NCBI GenBank assembly: GCA_951406725.2
Contig: OX597824.1
Span: 44,764,001 to 44,828,000, forward strand
Direction: 5' to 3'
Source: Octopus vulgaris
Lineage: Eukaryota
DNA: 64,000 bases
Shown: piece by piece, positions 22,918 to 36,674 of the stretch
Numbering within the stretch: position 1 is the stretch's first letter
Layout of the letters: each line of letters begins with the position of its first letter
Made by a program: the position numbers and the translations under genes
Notes under the pieces: generated by a model
Database searches by the model: none
What the model was told of the DNA's origin: nothing
What the model saw: the letters and a program-made list of their open reading frames with translations, nothing else

Positions 22918-25376
22918 CACTAGTCAAATTGATTACATTCTCATCAGGAAACGGAAGAGATGGCTACTTATAAATGTCAAAACTTTCTGAGGTGAAGAAT
23001 GCACCCCACAGCATAGATTAGTAGTTAGTGACTTCAGGATCAGGGCTAAATGGATACCCTGAATACACACAGCATGGAGAAGAAGGGTCTGGAAGCTTAA
23101 GGATCCTGTGAATGGGCAGAGGTTTAGAGACGTATTACTTGAAGCTTTTGACAAAATAGAGGGGATATAGCATCACATGATGTGGAAGACAACAGGTTTC
23201 TATGGGATAACCTGTTTAGGACAACTGACCAGATCTGTGGTTGGTGCAAAGTACCCTCTTGACCCATGGTAACGTGGTGGAAGAACAATGTACCTGACAG
23301 GGCCATTAACGTAAAGAAACAGGCATAGAAACCTGGAAGAACGGTGATAGCAGGGAACTGTATCAGATTGCCAGAAGGAAAGCTAAGAGGCAGGTTTACT
23401 TAACCAGAGGGGACGCAGATAAGAAAAAATTTGCCAATGTTCTGCATTGTGAGAACCAAAGACTCAAAGTGTTTCGTGTTGCAAGACAGTATGTGAGAGA
23501 GAATCGTGATATCATAGGAGAGAAATGTGTCTGCATGGATGATGGCTCACTTGCATCTGATGAGGCTGCAAGGAGAGAGGCCTGGAGACACCATTATGAA
23601 AGACTGCTAAATGAAGAGAATGAATGGGAGAAAGAGAGTCTGCCAAATGTTGAACCAACAGAGGGACCAGCTATCCGAATTGACAGTATCTTGGTAGATA
23701 AAGCAATTAAGGGTACGAAGATAGGGAAAGCCCCCAGCCCATCAGGAATCACCGCAGAGATGCTTAAGATATCTGGTGGTATTGGCTATAGTCTAGTAAC
23801 CCATATAGTCAATCAGGTGATACATGAAGGAGTCATACCCAATGTCTGGTGTAGCAGCACCATAGTCAACTGCTACAAAGGTAAAGGTGATGCATTAGAT
23901 ACGAATTATTACAGAGGTATCATGTTGTTGGATCAAGTAATGAAAGTCACAGAGAGGGTCATAGTTGGGAGAAGGTCTCCCAACTAATTAGGGAGAGAAT
24001 CAGTCTAGACAAGATGCAGTCTGGGTTTGTGCCAGGAAAAAGTATCACTGATGCAATATTTCTGCAGCTGCAGGAGAAATACCTAGCCTAAGATAAACCT
24101 CTGTACCTGGCTTTCGTTGAAAAAGCCTTTGACAGGGTCCCCCGATCCCTTATCAAGTGGTCAGTGTGGAAACTAGGGATAGATGAGTGGTTAGTGAGAG
24201 CTGTACAAGTCATGTACAGGGATGCTGTCAGTAAGGTGAGGGTTGGCAACGAGTACAGTGAAGAATTCCGGGTAGGAGTAGGGGTCCACCAAGGATTAGT
24301 CATAAGCCCCCTCTTATTCATCATAGTCCTCCAAGCAACAACAGAGAATTTAAGACAGGATGCCCCTGGGAGCTTCTCTATGCTGATGACCTTGCTCTAA
24401 TAGATGAGTCACTATCAGAAGTAGAGATGTTTCAGGTGTGGAAGCAAGTTCTAGAATTGAAGGGTCTTGGAGTCCATCTAGCAAAAACCGAAGTGTTAAT
24501 AAGTAAGAAAGCAGACAAACCACAAATCCCTTCAGGTAGATGGACCTGCTCGATCTGTAGAAAAGGCATAGGTACAAACTTCACCAGATATACCTGGTGT
24601 AAGCTATGGACACATAAGAGGTGGAGCAATATCAAAGGAAGACTAACTGAGGAGATAGTTTTGGTGTGTGGCAAATGCTCAGGGGCAGTAAACACTGAAA
24701 ATGTGCAGAAAACAGCTTCCATCACATTCCAGGGGAAAAAACTACAAGTAGTTGATAGCTTCCATTACCTAGGTGACCAAGTCAATAGCCAGGGTGGGGG
24801 CTCTGAAAGTGTAGCTGCTAGAATAAGAAAAGCTTGGGCAAAGTTCAGAGAGCTCCTACCTCTGCTAGTGACAAAGGGCCTCTTACTCAGAGTAAAAGGT
24901 AGACTGTATGATGCATGTGTGTAAACAGCCATGTTACATGGCAGTGAAACATGGGCCATGACTGCTGAGGACATGCGTAAGCTTGCAAGGAATGAAGCCA
25001 GTATGCTCTGCTGGATGTGTAATGTCAGTGTGCATACACGACAGAGTGTAAGCACCCTGAGAGAAAAGTTGGACTTAAGCATCAGATGTGGTGTACAAGA
25101 TAGACGACTGCACTTGTATGGTCATGTGTTGCATATGGATGAGGACAGCTGTGTGAAAAAGTGTCACATCATAGCAGTAGAGGGAACCTGTGGAAGAGGC
25201 AGACGCAGGAAAACCTGGGATGGGGTGGTTGGCATTAGGAAGGGCATCCAGCTGCAGAAACATTGCCAGATTGGATAGGAGCTGGTGCAGCCTTCTGGCT
25301 CACCAGCCCTCAGTCAAACTGTCCAACCCATGCCAGCATGGAAAGCTGGAAAGTTAAATGACGACGACGATGATGA
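22918..25376 (+). mobile_element. 5'-truncated, decayed RTE-clade LINE (end of endonuclease, RT, 3' tail)
   Basis: Frameshifted fragments GKAPSPSGITAEML, YYRGIMLL, VGVHQGLVISPLLF, ELLYADDL, MLHGSETW, RGRRRKTW; colinear with 57530-60615. Confidence 0.92.
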
Positions 25377-25701
25377 GCATAATGGAAAGCATAACATTGT
25401 CCCAGGTGAAACGAAAGTATGACATTTAGTGTGTTAGATGAGTCACTCTCAGCCAGTCAGTCAGCTATCTCTGTATCAGAACTGACAGCAATTATGCAAC
25501 AACATAGTGCTAATGACAAAGGATACCATTATATATCAAATTCCATATTCTAGGTTTATAAAGTTATCAAATTGAAAAAGAATGTCTTTCACTTCCTGTA
25601 ATGGAATTTATTGCTTAATGATACCAGCCAAAGAATCTCAGTAGATTCAAATTAAAAAAAAAAAAAGGTAGCAATAGATGGAGCTTTGCAGCAGAACTTA
25701 C

Positions 25702-25846
25702 CAGAAGAATATCACAGGACAATCTAAAGTAGAAGCAAAATTGAATGCAGCATGAGCATCCCCTTCTGAAGCAGCGCCTTCACCAAAATAGCAAATAACA
25801 CACTTACCATTCTGTGCACGTTTGTAAGCATAAGCTGCACCAGAAG
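25702..25846 (-). CDS. BCKDHA: BCKDHA exon 5
   Basis: (A)[47 protein letters not shown](C); TPP motif GEG; AG/GT boundaries. Confidence 0.97.
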
Positions 25847-26762
25847 CTGTAAATAGAATGAGAATGGAAAATAACATAAAGGAATTTAGAAGGGCTCATT
25901 ACAAAAATTATAATAATCATACTTTAATAATTAGTAATTCTATAATAAAAATGTAGAGCTTTTGATTCAAAGTTCAGGAGTTAAAACTGTGTTTGTCTTG
26001 ATCTACTTTTTTTTTTTTTTGAAGGAAGATGACAAAAAGATAGCAGCTACAAAGTCAAACGAACAGTGTTAGAAAAGATACAACACTTTAGAATATGTTC
26101 TAACATGAGCCACTGAAGAGAGTTCCTATGTGTTTCCCCTAAATCACATGCATATTAAAAAAAAAAAAAAAAAACAGAGGGTAATTGAAACAAATCACTT
26201 GAGGAATACTTGGACTGAGGTAGAGAGATCAAATCATCAAAAGTCAGAGCAGACAGTGAAACAATGTTTACTTGAAGAAGAGTTGGAACAAGGTAGTATA
26301 ATGTAACCTTAAAAATGCAAGGTTAGTAAAAGTAGTTGAAAGATTAGCCAAGAGAAGAGAAAAGAAAACTTCAATAAGTCAAACTTTAGACCTGTGCAAA
26401 AATTTTTACAGCTCATCATCATCATTATTTAACGTCTGTTTTTCATGCTGGCATGGGCTGAATGGTTTTACTGAAAACTGGTAAGCTGGCATGCTGCATC
26501 AGGTTCTGATCTGATTTGGCAAGGCTTCTACAGCTGGATGCCCTTCATAATGCCAACCATTCTGAGAGTGTAGTGGGTGTTTTTTTATGTGTCACTGGCA
26601 TGGGCGAAATTGACAGCATTACAGATTCCTCAATCCCAAACCAGTACAAAATAAAATCTTACACACACACACACGAAAAAAAAAACTATGATAATGATAA
26701 TGCAATTGTCTAAAGAAAAATTTGGATCAGAAGACAGAAAATTTCCATTTGTTTAAACAAAC

Positions 26763-26924
26763 CTTGTGGCATTTGTGTGGCTAAAGTTGAGGATATGGTA
26801 ACAAAGTTAAGGTTCTTAGAGCCATAATGGACTGGCATTTGTCTTCCTCTTCCAGCATCTTCATTATTGCCATAGCATTGGTTCATGAACTCGTCTAACT
26901 GAAACCCTCTCCAGAGCAACACAC
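26763..26924 (-). CDS. BCKDHA: BCKDHA exon 4
   Basis: (G)[53 protein letters not shown]; AG/GT boundaries. Confidence 0.97.
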
Positions 26925-28779
26925 CTTTTAAATAAAAAAAATTACTGTTTTCATGAAGTATAAATACTATGGAAAATAACAATCTAAAGAAACCAATGTT
27001 TCATAACACAACTACAGATGGTAAATGAGAAACAGGAATTTAAATATTAAAAGCATATAAGGTGCAGATATGGCTTGAAGAATATGTCTTGTGATTCTTT
27101 CCTGCAACATTCTAATTGCATGTCCATAGTATCAGAGCTGTGATCTCTCAATGCAGAGAAGTAACAATTCAACCTGGAGAGAATTCTTGATCTCCGAGTT
27201 ATGCAGCCTGCTGAGTAACATTAATCCTTTGGAGGAACCATATTTTGGCCACTTGTATTTACAATCACACTCCTTTGGTTGTTACCCAACATTGTATTTG
27301 TCTCATATATTCATTTCTTCTTTGTTCATATTGGTAATTAATTTTTAGCATAATTAAACTAGAACAAGCTTCTTAACAAATGCATATTATATAGCATCTT
27401 ATACTTTTTGAAAACCTATTTTGCATCAGCATGAACATTTGAGTTACAGCCATTGAGACTATGGATTACTATAACCGTTGTATCATATTTTCTCATATAA
27501 ATCTACTTGATTCAATTTCCTTTGTAGATAAATACTTATACTACTCTTACTACTTATACTTTACAGTAGTTAACAATGTAAAAGCCATTTAGTTGTAAAA
27601 GCAAATGATTTAATGTATCCCAACCCATTGCTGGAATGGGTTGGACTGTTTAATTAGATCCAATAAGCAGAAGGACTGTTTCAAGCACCAGTGTTTGCTT
27701 TGGCATGGTTTGTACAGTTGGATGCCCTTCCTAATGCTGACCAATTTACAGTGTTGTGCTGGGCGCCGTTTTTTTTTTGTAACACCAGCACAAGCAAAGT
27801 TGCCAAATAACTTGCAAAACAAAGAAAAAAGCATCTTGACTAAGTGGGATTGTAACAGAGAGGGAGATAGTTTATGCCAGGTGTTGGGAGGCTAAAGCAT
27901 AATAGAGGGACAGGTGTCTTGCTATAAAGATACATGTCTACTCCACATTATATAAGGGTGGGAGTAACTGGAAAGGACATTGGCAGTAGTTGGGGTACAC
28001 TCTCAAAATACAGGAAGGTGATCTAAGAGAGAATACAGAAGATCAGAAGTGTGGGAGAATCAAGTTCACTAGAGTGTGAGAGGAGAGTGACAAATGAGGG
28101 TAGATATGAACAGAGTGAAAAGAATGAGGACGGAGATATGGTTGATGGTAAATATCAGTGTGGAAATGAAAGAAATAGGAATGGCTCAGAAAGAAGTGCT
28201 AAGTAGCAATACAGGAAGGGTAAGGAGAAGTAATGCGATAAACCTGTAGATAAATCAGAAAATAGGGAGATGATGTGTGGAGTGAGAGAATGAGAAGTAT
28301 AAGAGAGAAAAAGATGTACAGTGACAAAGATGGATGTCAAAGGTACATAGAAGAGGGTTCTGTAGTCTGTGGAGGAGAAGCTTTTGTCAGCAGCAGATAA
28401 GAGAGGATGTTAACGATGAAATATGGCAGTCCTAATATAGAACTCAGAGGAGAAGGAAAGATAAGTAGAGGCAGAAAAGGGGCAATTAGTGGAAAGTGGG
28501 AAAGGACAAATGTTAAAAGAAGTACTTCCAAGGTGAGGAGGTGGCAACTTGTACCACAAAGGCGGATGGAATATGTGCAGATTCTGCTATCCTAAGATTA
28601 TAGCAGCTGAACAGTGCTATAATTAGAAGAGTGAGAGGATAGGTGGGGAAGGTTTGATGGGGACAGATTGGGTGCAGAGGCAGGATCCAGTAAATATATT
28701 GACATAAACATGACGCATTTAGGATCTTGATTTTGTCATGATCAACAGGTTTTCTTAAGTGCAACAAATTACCAATCAT

Positions 28780-29430
28780 CTCAGCCTTTTGTCATCTCTT
28801 CTGAGTCTCAAATTCTTGAGATCAGTTCTCATTACTTCATCTCATGTCTTCCTAGGTTTCCCTCTTCAACAAATTCCATCCACATGTAGTAATTGACAAT
28901 TCTCTATAGAGCTGCTCTCATCGATATGCATCACAAGACTATACAAGAACAGTCTTCTCTCGTGCACATTATGCTTGATTCATCTTATGCCCAACTTTTC
29001 TCTCAACATACTTGCACTTTTCATACAAACATATTGACACCGCACATCCAACAGAGCATACTAGCTTCATCCCTTTCAAGTCTTCACATTCTCTCTGCAT
29101 TCAGGGCCTATGTCTTACTACCATGTAACATTGTTGTTTGTACATAAGCTTCATAAAATCTACCTTTCACTCTGATACTTTTTGTTATCACTGAAGGTAA
29201 TAGCTCATTGAAATTTCTCCATCCTTTTCTTATTCCAACAATGATACATTTAGAATCCCTCTTCCACTACTAATTAAATCACTAAGGTCATGAAACAATC
29301 TACAATCTCAAGGAAACAACCTTGAGCATTCAAGAAAATCTATTACCACATTTACCAAATACAAAATCTACTTTCTGTGTTAAACTTCCTGTGATACCAC
29401 TTTACCTCTGTACTGAGTGCACTATATGGA
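28780..29430 (-). mobile_element. Old RTE LINE fragment
   Basis: Reverse-complement homology to the RT C-terminal region of the other RTE copies (gcatactagcttcat, ccatgtaaca). Confidence 0.7.
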
Positions 29431-29539
29431 AGTTCTACCTATATGAAATTTCTATCTTTTCTATATATCAAGCAAGACCATTTTTCTGAAAGGAGTACAG
29501 TCCTGTGTGAGAACAAAAAAATTTGATCTTCAGACATAC

Positions 29540-29735
29540 CTGCTTCCCGATACTGAGCAAATACCAAATCACCAGGATCAAGAGCTGCAGCTGACCCAAT
29601 GTGAGTGCCCTCTTCTCCATAGTTAGTCATGTAGAATGAAATTCTGCCTTGTCTTTGAGAATCATAGAGCACTCGGTCCATAGTGTTCAGCAATGTCATG
29701 TCATGGTACATCTTTAACACTGTGTCATCATCCAA
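29540..29735 (-). CDS. BCKDHA: BCKDHA exon 3
   Basis: [65 protein letters not shown](G); AG/GT boundaries. Confidence 0.97.
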
Positions 29736-30436
29736 CTGCAGAAAATAACAAATCAAAAGATAAAAACATTTTTAAAAATTGAACACACAAACCTTGGGAA
29801 AAAATAACAAAAAATAATAATTATAAACAACAAATTGTTTAATACAGTTCAAAACAATGTACTTGCTCATGCCATGTAATGATTTTGCAGTAATCCTTCC
29901 TGGCACCAGCATTTGAAGATTATACATAACTGACATGCAAAGTATCATTATTTCAACATATTTAGGTCTCTTTAGATTTGGCATTGCTAGGAGCAAACAA
30001 TTTTTGATTTGGCTGTGTGGTAAGTAGCTTTCTTACCAACCACATGGTTCCAGGTTCCAGCCCCTTGAGCAGTGTCTTCTACTATAGCCTCAGGCTGATC
30101 AAAGCCTTCTGAGTGGATTTGGTAGACGGAAACTGAAGGAAGCTTGTCATATACATGTACATATGTGTGTGTGTGTGTGTGTTTTGCCCCCCCCCCCCCC
30201 CCCTCCATCACTTGACAACCAATTCTGGTGTGTTTACATCCCCGTAACTCAGCAGCTCAGCAAAAGAACTGATAGAATAAGTACTAAGCTTCCAAAGAAT
30301 AAGTCCTGGGGTCGATTTGCTCGACTGGCCAAGAAGAAAAAACATTAGTTTTTTTTGGATATTTAGTTTGTTTTAACCATTACAATTAATTTTTAAGTAA
30401 AAAAATAAAAAATAAAAGAAAGATAAGTGATCTTAC

Positions 30437-30598
30437 TTGGGGATCTTGATCCTTTTGGATAATTTCTCCTTTTTTATTCATTACCCTGTAGACAGGAATA
30501 CCATCATACATATCAGATCTTAAGAATTCAAGTGCAGGTGTATAGTTTGAGCGGGAGCCAGGAAAAACAGGCCGATCTTCTTCAAAATGATTCAACGC
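30437..30598 (-). CDS. BCKDHA: BCKDHA exon 2
   Basis: ALNHFEEDRPVFPGSRSNYTPALEFLRSDMYDGIPVYRVMNKKGEIIQKDQDPQ; cag acceptor and gtaaga donor. Confidence 0.95.
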
Positions 30599-30964
30599 CT
30601 GAGATTTTGAAAATAAAAATAAGAGAAGATATAATTTTCTATTTAGGTATCTGTCTATCTCTATGAAAGAAAAAAAAAACACATCAATTCGCTTAAACCT
30701 CTTTTGCCTTTTGTTTCAGTTACTGGACTGCAACCATGCTGGTACACCACCTTGAAGGGTTTAGTTGAACAAATCAACCCCAGTCTTATTTTTATTCTCT
30801 TAGTCTCTTTTACTAAACCAGTGAGTTACAAGGATGTAAACGAACCAACAGCAGTTGTCAAGAGGCAATGACACACACATACACACAAACAAGTTTCTTT
30901 CAGTTTTCATCAGCCAAATCTACTCACAAGAGCTAGGATGACCAAAGCATATATATTCCTCATC

Positions 30965-32450
30965 TGGTGTTCTTATAGCTGAATCACTACCAGAACTAGA
31001 GAAGTTTCAGGTATGGAAGCAAGGTCTAGAATCGAAGGGCCTTAGGGTTAACCTAGCAAAAACCAAAATCTTAGTAAGTAGGAAGGCAAACAAATCACAA
31101 GTTCCTTCAGGTAGATGGCCCTGCTCGATCTGTAGAAAAGGTGTAGGTAATAACTCTGTAAGGTGCACTTGGTCTAAGCTTTGGACACATAAAAGGTGCA
31201 ATATCAGAGGAAGGTTAACAGGGAAAATAGCTTTTGAGTGTGATAGATGCACACAAAAATGTACAGAAAATAAACTCCATCAACTGCCATGGGGGTAAGC
31301 TAGAGGTAGTTGATAGCTTCCGTTATATAGGTGTTCAAGTTAATAGTGGAGGCGGATGCTCTGAGAGTGTAGCTGTCAGAATAAGATTAGGTGGGGTAAA
31401 GTTTAGAGAGCTCCTGCCTCTGCTGGCAACAAAGGGCTTTTCTCTCAGAATGAAAGGCAGATTGTTTGTGTGTGAACAGCTATGCTACATAGCAGTGAAA
31501 CATGGGCTGTTGAAAGAAATGAAGCCAGTATGCTTCACTGGATGTGCAATGTCAGTATGCATGTTTGATGGAGTGTAAACATCTTGAGAGAAAAGTTAGG
31601 CATAAGATGTATCAGATGTGGTGTGCAAGGGAGATGAATGTACTGGTATAGTCATGTGATGCATATGGACGAGGACAGCTGTGTAAAGAAGTGCCGATCC
31701 CTAACTGTGGAGGGAACCTGTGGTAGAGGTAGACCCAGGAAGATATGGGATGAGGTGGTGAAGCATGATCTCCAAACTTTGAGCCTCACAGAGGCAATGA
31801 CTAGTGACTGAAACCTTTGGCGATATACTGTGGTAGAGAAAACCCATCAAGCCAAGTGAAATCATAGTCGTGGCTGATGCTGGTGTCATGTAACCGGCAT
31901 CTGTGCAGGTGGCACATAAAAAGCATCTTCCATGTGTTGAACCTCACAGAGGCAAAGTTTTTGAGCTCCTTTCGAGTATAGGGCCTCACAAAGGCAATAA
32001 ACGAGACCTCTGGCATACCTTTGGCATTATGTTGTGCTTGAGAAGAAGACCCATCAAGCCAAGTAAAATTGCAGTCTTGGCATATAACCAGTGTCATGCA
32101 AATGGCACCTGTGCTGGTGGCACGTAAAAGCATCTTTCGAGCATTGAGCCCCACGGAGGCAAGGACCCAGACCATTTGGCATTACGCCATGTTTGAGAAG
32201 AAGACTTATCAAGCCAAGTAAAATTGTAGTCATGGCAGATATTGGTGCCATGCAAATGGCACCTGTGCCAGTGGAACATAAAAGTGCTCATTACGCTCTC
32301 AGAGCAGTTGGTGTTAGGAAAGGCATCTAGCCATAGAAACCATGCCAAAACAGACTGGAGTATGGTGCAGCCTTCCAACTTGCCAGCCCTGGTCAAACTG
32401 ACCAGCCCATGCCAGCATGGACAATGGATGTTAAATGATTATGATGATGA
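30965..32450 (+). mobile_element. 5'-truncated RTE LINE with a repetitive 3' tail
   Basis: WPCSICRKGVG..., VVDSFRYIG..., RGRPRKIWDEVVKHDL, then repeated tail modules and (ATG)n. Confidence 0.88.
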
Positions 32451-34260
32451 CCTGGATGGGACAATAGTCCATCACAAGATTACTCATTTTTGCCAGCTGA
32501 GTGGATTGGAACAATGTGAAATGAAATGTTTTGTTCAAGAACACAATGCATCGCCTGGTCCAGGAATCAAAATCACAGTTTCATGATCATGAGTCTAACA
32601 CCCTAACCACTAAGTCACAACACCAGTAATTGAAAGAAAGGCTAAGTTGCTTGGCAAGATTTGAAATCAGAATGTTAAGGACCAGAACTGCAAGGTATTG
32701 TCCGATGCTATGAAACTGAATAACTAACCATATGGCAGTTGAAACCTTTCTGTAAACACAGTGTGTTCTCATTGGCAGCTATTAGGCTTACAGTGAAAAG
32801 GGCAAGCACATATGAAATATTCACCTAGTAATATGAAAAGATCAAAATTTGCAAACTTAGGCTGAAATACGAAATAGATGTAAAAAAAGTACAATGTATG
32901 TTTTTCTACTCAAGAAGACCCATCCGCCACAGCAGAATTGACACTGGTGATGTCACATAAAAAGCACTTATTCATCTAACAATCCTGGAAAGTGATACAA
33001 CTTTAGATAAAATGGACTATGCTAAGCTGAAATTCAAAGAACTGTAGAGAAGCCAGTTGCAGAGCTATTTACATCTATATGTATCAAGTGTGCTTTCTGG
33101 TTTTCACCTATCAATGTATCAGATTCACAGGGTCCTACACTTAATCCACTTCTATTGTCAGCTTTTACAAATAACTAGCAGTACCTATGAATTGATAATT
33201 CTACAGTATCTTCACCAATAGAATCAACAAAGGAGTTTAACCTTGCTGTAGATATCCTGACCAGATACTTCAACACAAAAGAAAGACTGAAATAACAGAT
33301 GGTTGGTATTTAAATCAACAAGGAGTACAAAAATAGTGTTCCCCAGACTAAATGGTGAAATAAACTTCAATTAATGCACTGTGTGTAGAATATTGGTTAT
33401 AAAAATGAAATTCGAAGTTGTTACTATCAACAGTAACTTATAATGGAATGAACAAACAGCTAATTTGAGCAACAAATCCTTGGAATATCATAAAAGTTAC
33501 AAACAAATTGCCATTTACAAACTCTACATCATACCGTGTTACATCTAATTCATAAGACTTTATTCCAGTAAAAGCATTTTATCAGATAAAACAAATTTTG
33601 AACCTTATAATTTGGCTATGTGTATGGTGTTTCCCACTGGACTTGGCAGTCCACAATAAGTTATGACTCTGAAACATCTTGATTAATATGAACTAAAATT
33701 GATTATTTTTGATATTAACCTTGATGATGAGATTGTTCTTATTTTGCTAACTAATGGCACACACACACATTGGTTGGTGAATTGTTAAAAGGATTTGATT
33801 ATGGAATCAAAATTCAGTACTTCAAACTCAGTTGTTAGTAATAATTAGTGTAGCTGCAAGATATACTTCTGTATCATGGAGGATTACATGGCGAAAGATC
33901 ATTAATAAAATGAAAATTACTAATTTGTATTACAAAATACATGTGGCTTAATATTCCCCATGTATGTAACAACTAGAATGAGAATTAAAAGTCCTGGTAG
34001 CAAGATATGCAATGCCAGTGGCCAGATATGAATCTTTAACTTCTTGATTGGCTGTCCAAGTCAACTAGGATATCCAAACTATCATATATAATATGTAACC
34101 CATTATAAAACAAAAACTAGTGATTTATTAGCTGTGAATAATAAAAACCATTGTAAAAGACTGGATGACCAAATATATGGAATAAAGAAAAGTAGAGGCA
34201 AGAATATTTTTTTAAACTCTTATAATTGATACTCAAAACCAATCCTTTTGTTTTTTAACA

Positions 34261-34484
34261 TTAACCCTTCAGCATTTAAACCAGCCATATCCACTCAGAA
34301 TATTCTGTTTTATGTTCACACCAGCAAGATTTGGCATCTCACATCTACCCTACAATATCATGCTAAAAATAAACAATCACATTATTGAAATATCAAAGCT
34401 ATGAGATAATGCATGATTAATTCAAAACAATGTAGATAAATAAACATCATATTTGATAGGATAATCTGAATGTGAAAGGGTTAA
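34261..34484. mobile_element. TTAA-flanked MITE (piggyBac-type target site)
   Basis: TTAA|cccttcagcatt ... aatgtgaaaggg|TTAA. A second, interrupted copy lies in reverse orientation at ~36373-37330. Confidence 0.75.
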
Positions 34485-34949
34485 GCGTGATGAAACACAG
34501 AAACAAAAATTGTTATGCTCAGAAAATAATGGGTTACATTTCTAAAATTTAGCTTACAGTATATAAAGAAAGAAATTCATTTGTTTAAAGTCTTTGGCAA
34601 AATAATAGAAGATACTGATGAAATTGGGACAGTTATTAAAAATACTGCTTAAATTCTCTAAATGTTTGGCAGTATCCAAGATAAGCCTTTTAAGTGAAAG
34701 ATAAAGCACATCCTTGTAAACTGACTCAAATATCAGGCTGACTATTAACCAGAGCACTTAAACTTTCCTTGAATATATAACATTAACTCTACACATCCTT
34801 CATACAAGCTTTCACACTCCTAACTGACACTAATTCTGTTTTAATTTCCATAGACCTATTGTTCTGCCAAAGCTGCTTTATTATAAATTTGAGGTGTTCA
34901 TTTTTGTGAATCCTTAGTGGTTAATAAAGAAATCATTACTATTATTATG

Positions 34950-36185
34950 AGTAAGGCAGCAAGCTGGCAGAATCACTGAGTAAAATGCTTAGTGGCATTT
35001 TGTCTTTTGGGGGGGTCAATAAAATAATACCAGTTGAGCACTGGGGTCGATATACTTGACTTATCCATTTCCTCAAAATTGCTGACCTTGTGTCAAAATT
35101 TGAAACCATTATTATTATTATTAGTTTTTCTGCTATTAATTTTGTTACCATGTTTTGTCAACTGGAACTGCTAAGGAATTTATGGCTAACATCATATGGG
35201 TATTTAGCTCAGATTTCAGAACTGCTCAAACTCTCCTATAACATTTCTTCCTGATCTTCTCTTTCATGCGTCATCGGCGTTGGTGTCATTTTTATTATTA
35301 AAGGCAGGAAGCTGGCAGAATCATTAGAACATTGGAAGAAGTGCTTTGTGACATTTCATCCATCTTTTATGTTCTAAGTTCAAATTCAGCCAAGGTCAAC
35401 TTTGTCTTTTATACTTTCAGGGTCAATAAATTAAGTACCACTGAAACACTGGGGATTGATATAATCAACTAGTTCCCTCCTCCAAAATTTCAGGCCTTGT
35501 TCCTTTAGTAAAAAATGATTATTATTGTTATTAAAGGCAGGAAGCTGGCAGAATCATTAGAACATTGGAAGAAGTGCTTAGTGACATTTCATCCATCTTT
35601 TATGTTCTAAGTTCAAATTCTGCCAAGGTCAACTTTGCCTTTAATCCTTTCAGAGTTGATAAAATAAGTACCAGTTGAGTACTGGGGTCAATATAATCAA
35701 CTAGCCCCTTCCCCAAAAATTTCAGGCCTTGTGTCTATAAAAGAAAGGATTATTATTATTATTATTATTATTATAAAGGCAGTGAGCTGGCAGAATTGTT
35801 AGCATGCCAGCATTTCTTCCTGCTTTATGTTTTCATTCAAGTTTCACCGAGGTTGACTTTACCTTTCATCCTTTCAGACACATTAAATAAAATAAGTACC
35901 AGTTGAGTGCTGGGGTTAAAGTAATCAACTTGCCTCTCCCCCAAAATTTCTGGCCTTGTGCCAATAGTCGAAAGAATTGTTATATTTTTATTAGGACAGT
36001 GAATTTTAGAATCAATATTTTTCCAGTTTTTCACATTCCAAGTTGAAATCCAGACAAGGTCAACCTTACTTTTCATCTCTCCAGAGTCAATAAAATAAAG
36101 TACTAGCCAAGTACAAAGGGAGTTGATATTATCGACTAATGCTCTCCCTTCAAAATTTCTGTCCATGTCCCTAAATCAGAAACAC
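34950..36185 (+). repeat. Head-to-tail cluster of ~5 copies of one SINE family separated by (ATT)n
   Basis: Recurrent aaggcag..agctggcagaatca and aataaaataagtaccagttgag.actgggg; copies start at ~34952, 35300, 35533 and 35776, with a partial copy at ~36030. Confidence 0.8.
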
Positions 36186-36622
36186 TTATTATACACCTCT
36201 GTCATATAGCATAGAGTTTAAGTAAAAAAATTAATATATTCCAACAAAGCATTTAATCATGTTAATGCATCGTGAGTAATTAAAACAAAAAGAGTAGTCC
36301 AAATACACATAGATATGTCTAACCTACATACTGATATAGATATGTAAATTCTGTAGCTTGATATATTCCTTAATTAGCCCTTTAGCATTCAGATTACTGT
36401 CAGATGTAATGCTTATTTATTCACATTGTTTTGCATTCTTTTACTTGTTTCAGTCATTAGACTGCAGCCATGCAAAACGCTTATTGAACGTACTTATTTT
36501 TTTAAAGCTTGGTACTTATTCTATCAGTCTCTTATGCCAAACCACTACATAACAGGGATGTAAACACACCAACGCTGGTTGTCAAGTGGTGGTCAGGGAC
36601 AAACACAGACACACACACACAC

Positions 36623-36674
<52 letters not shown>

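Noticed and set aside
26112-26195. CTGAAGA...GAAAC hammerhead candidate
   Set aside because: No convincing stems I and III; stem II is interrupted by poly(A).
27830-28700. Purine-rich stretch with short ORFs (similar at 52600-53090 and 54950-55380)
   Set aside because: Low-complexity GA-rich repeat-associated DNA with no coding signature.
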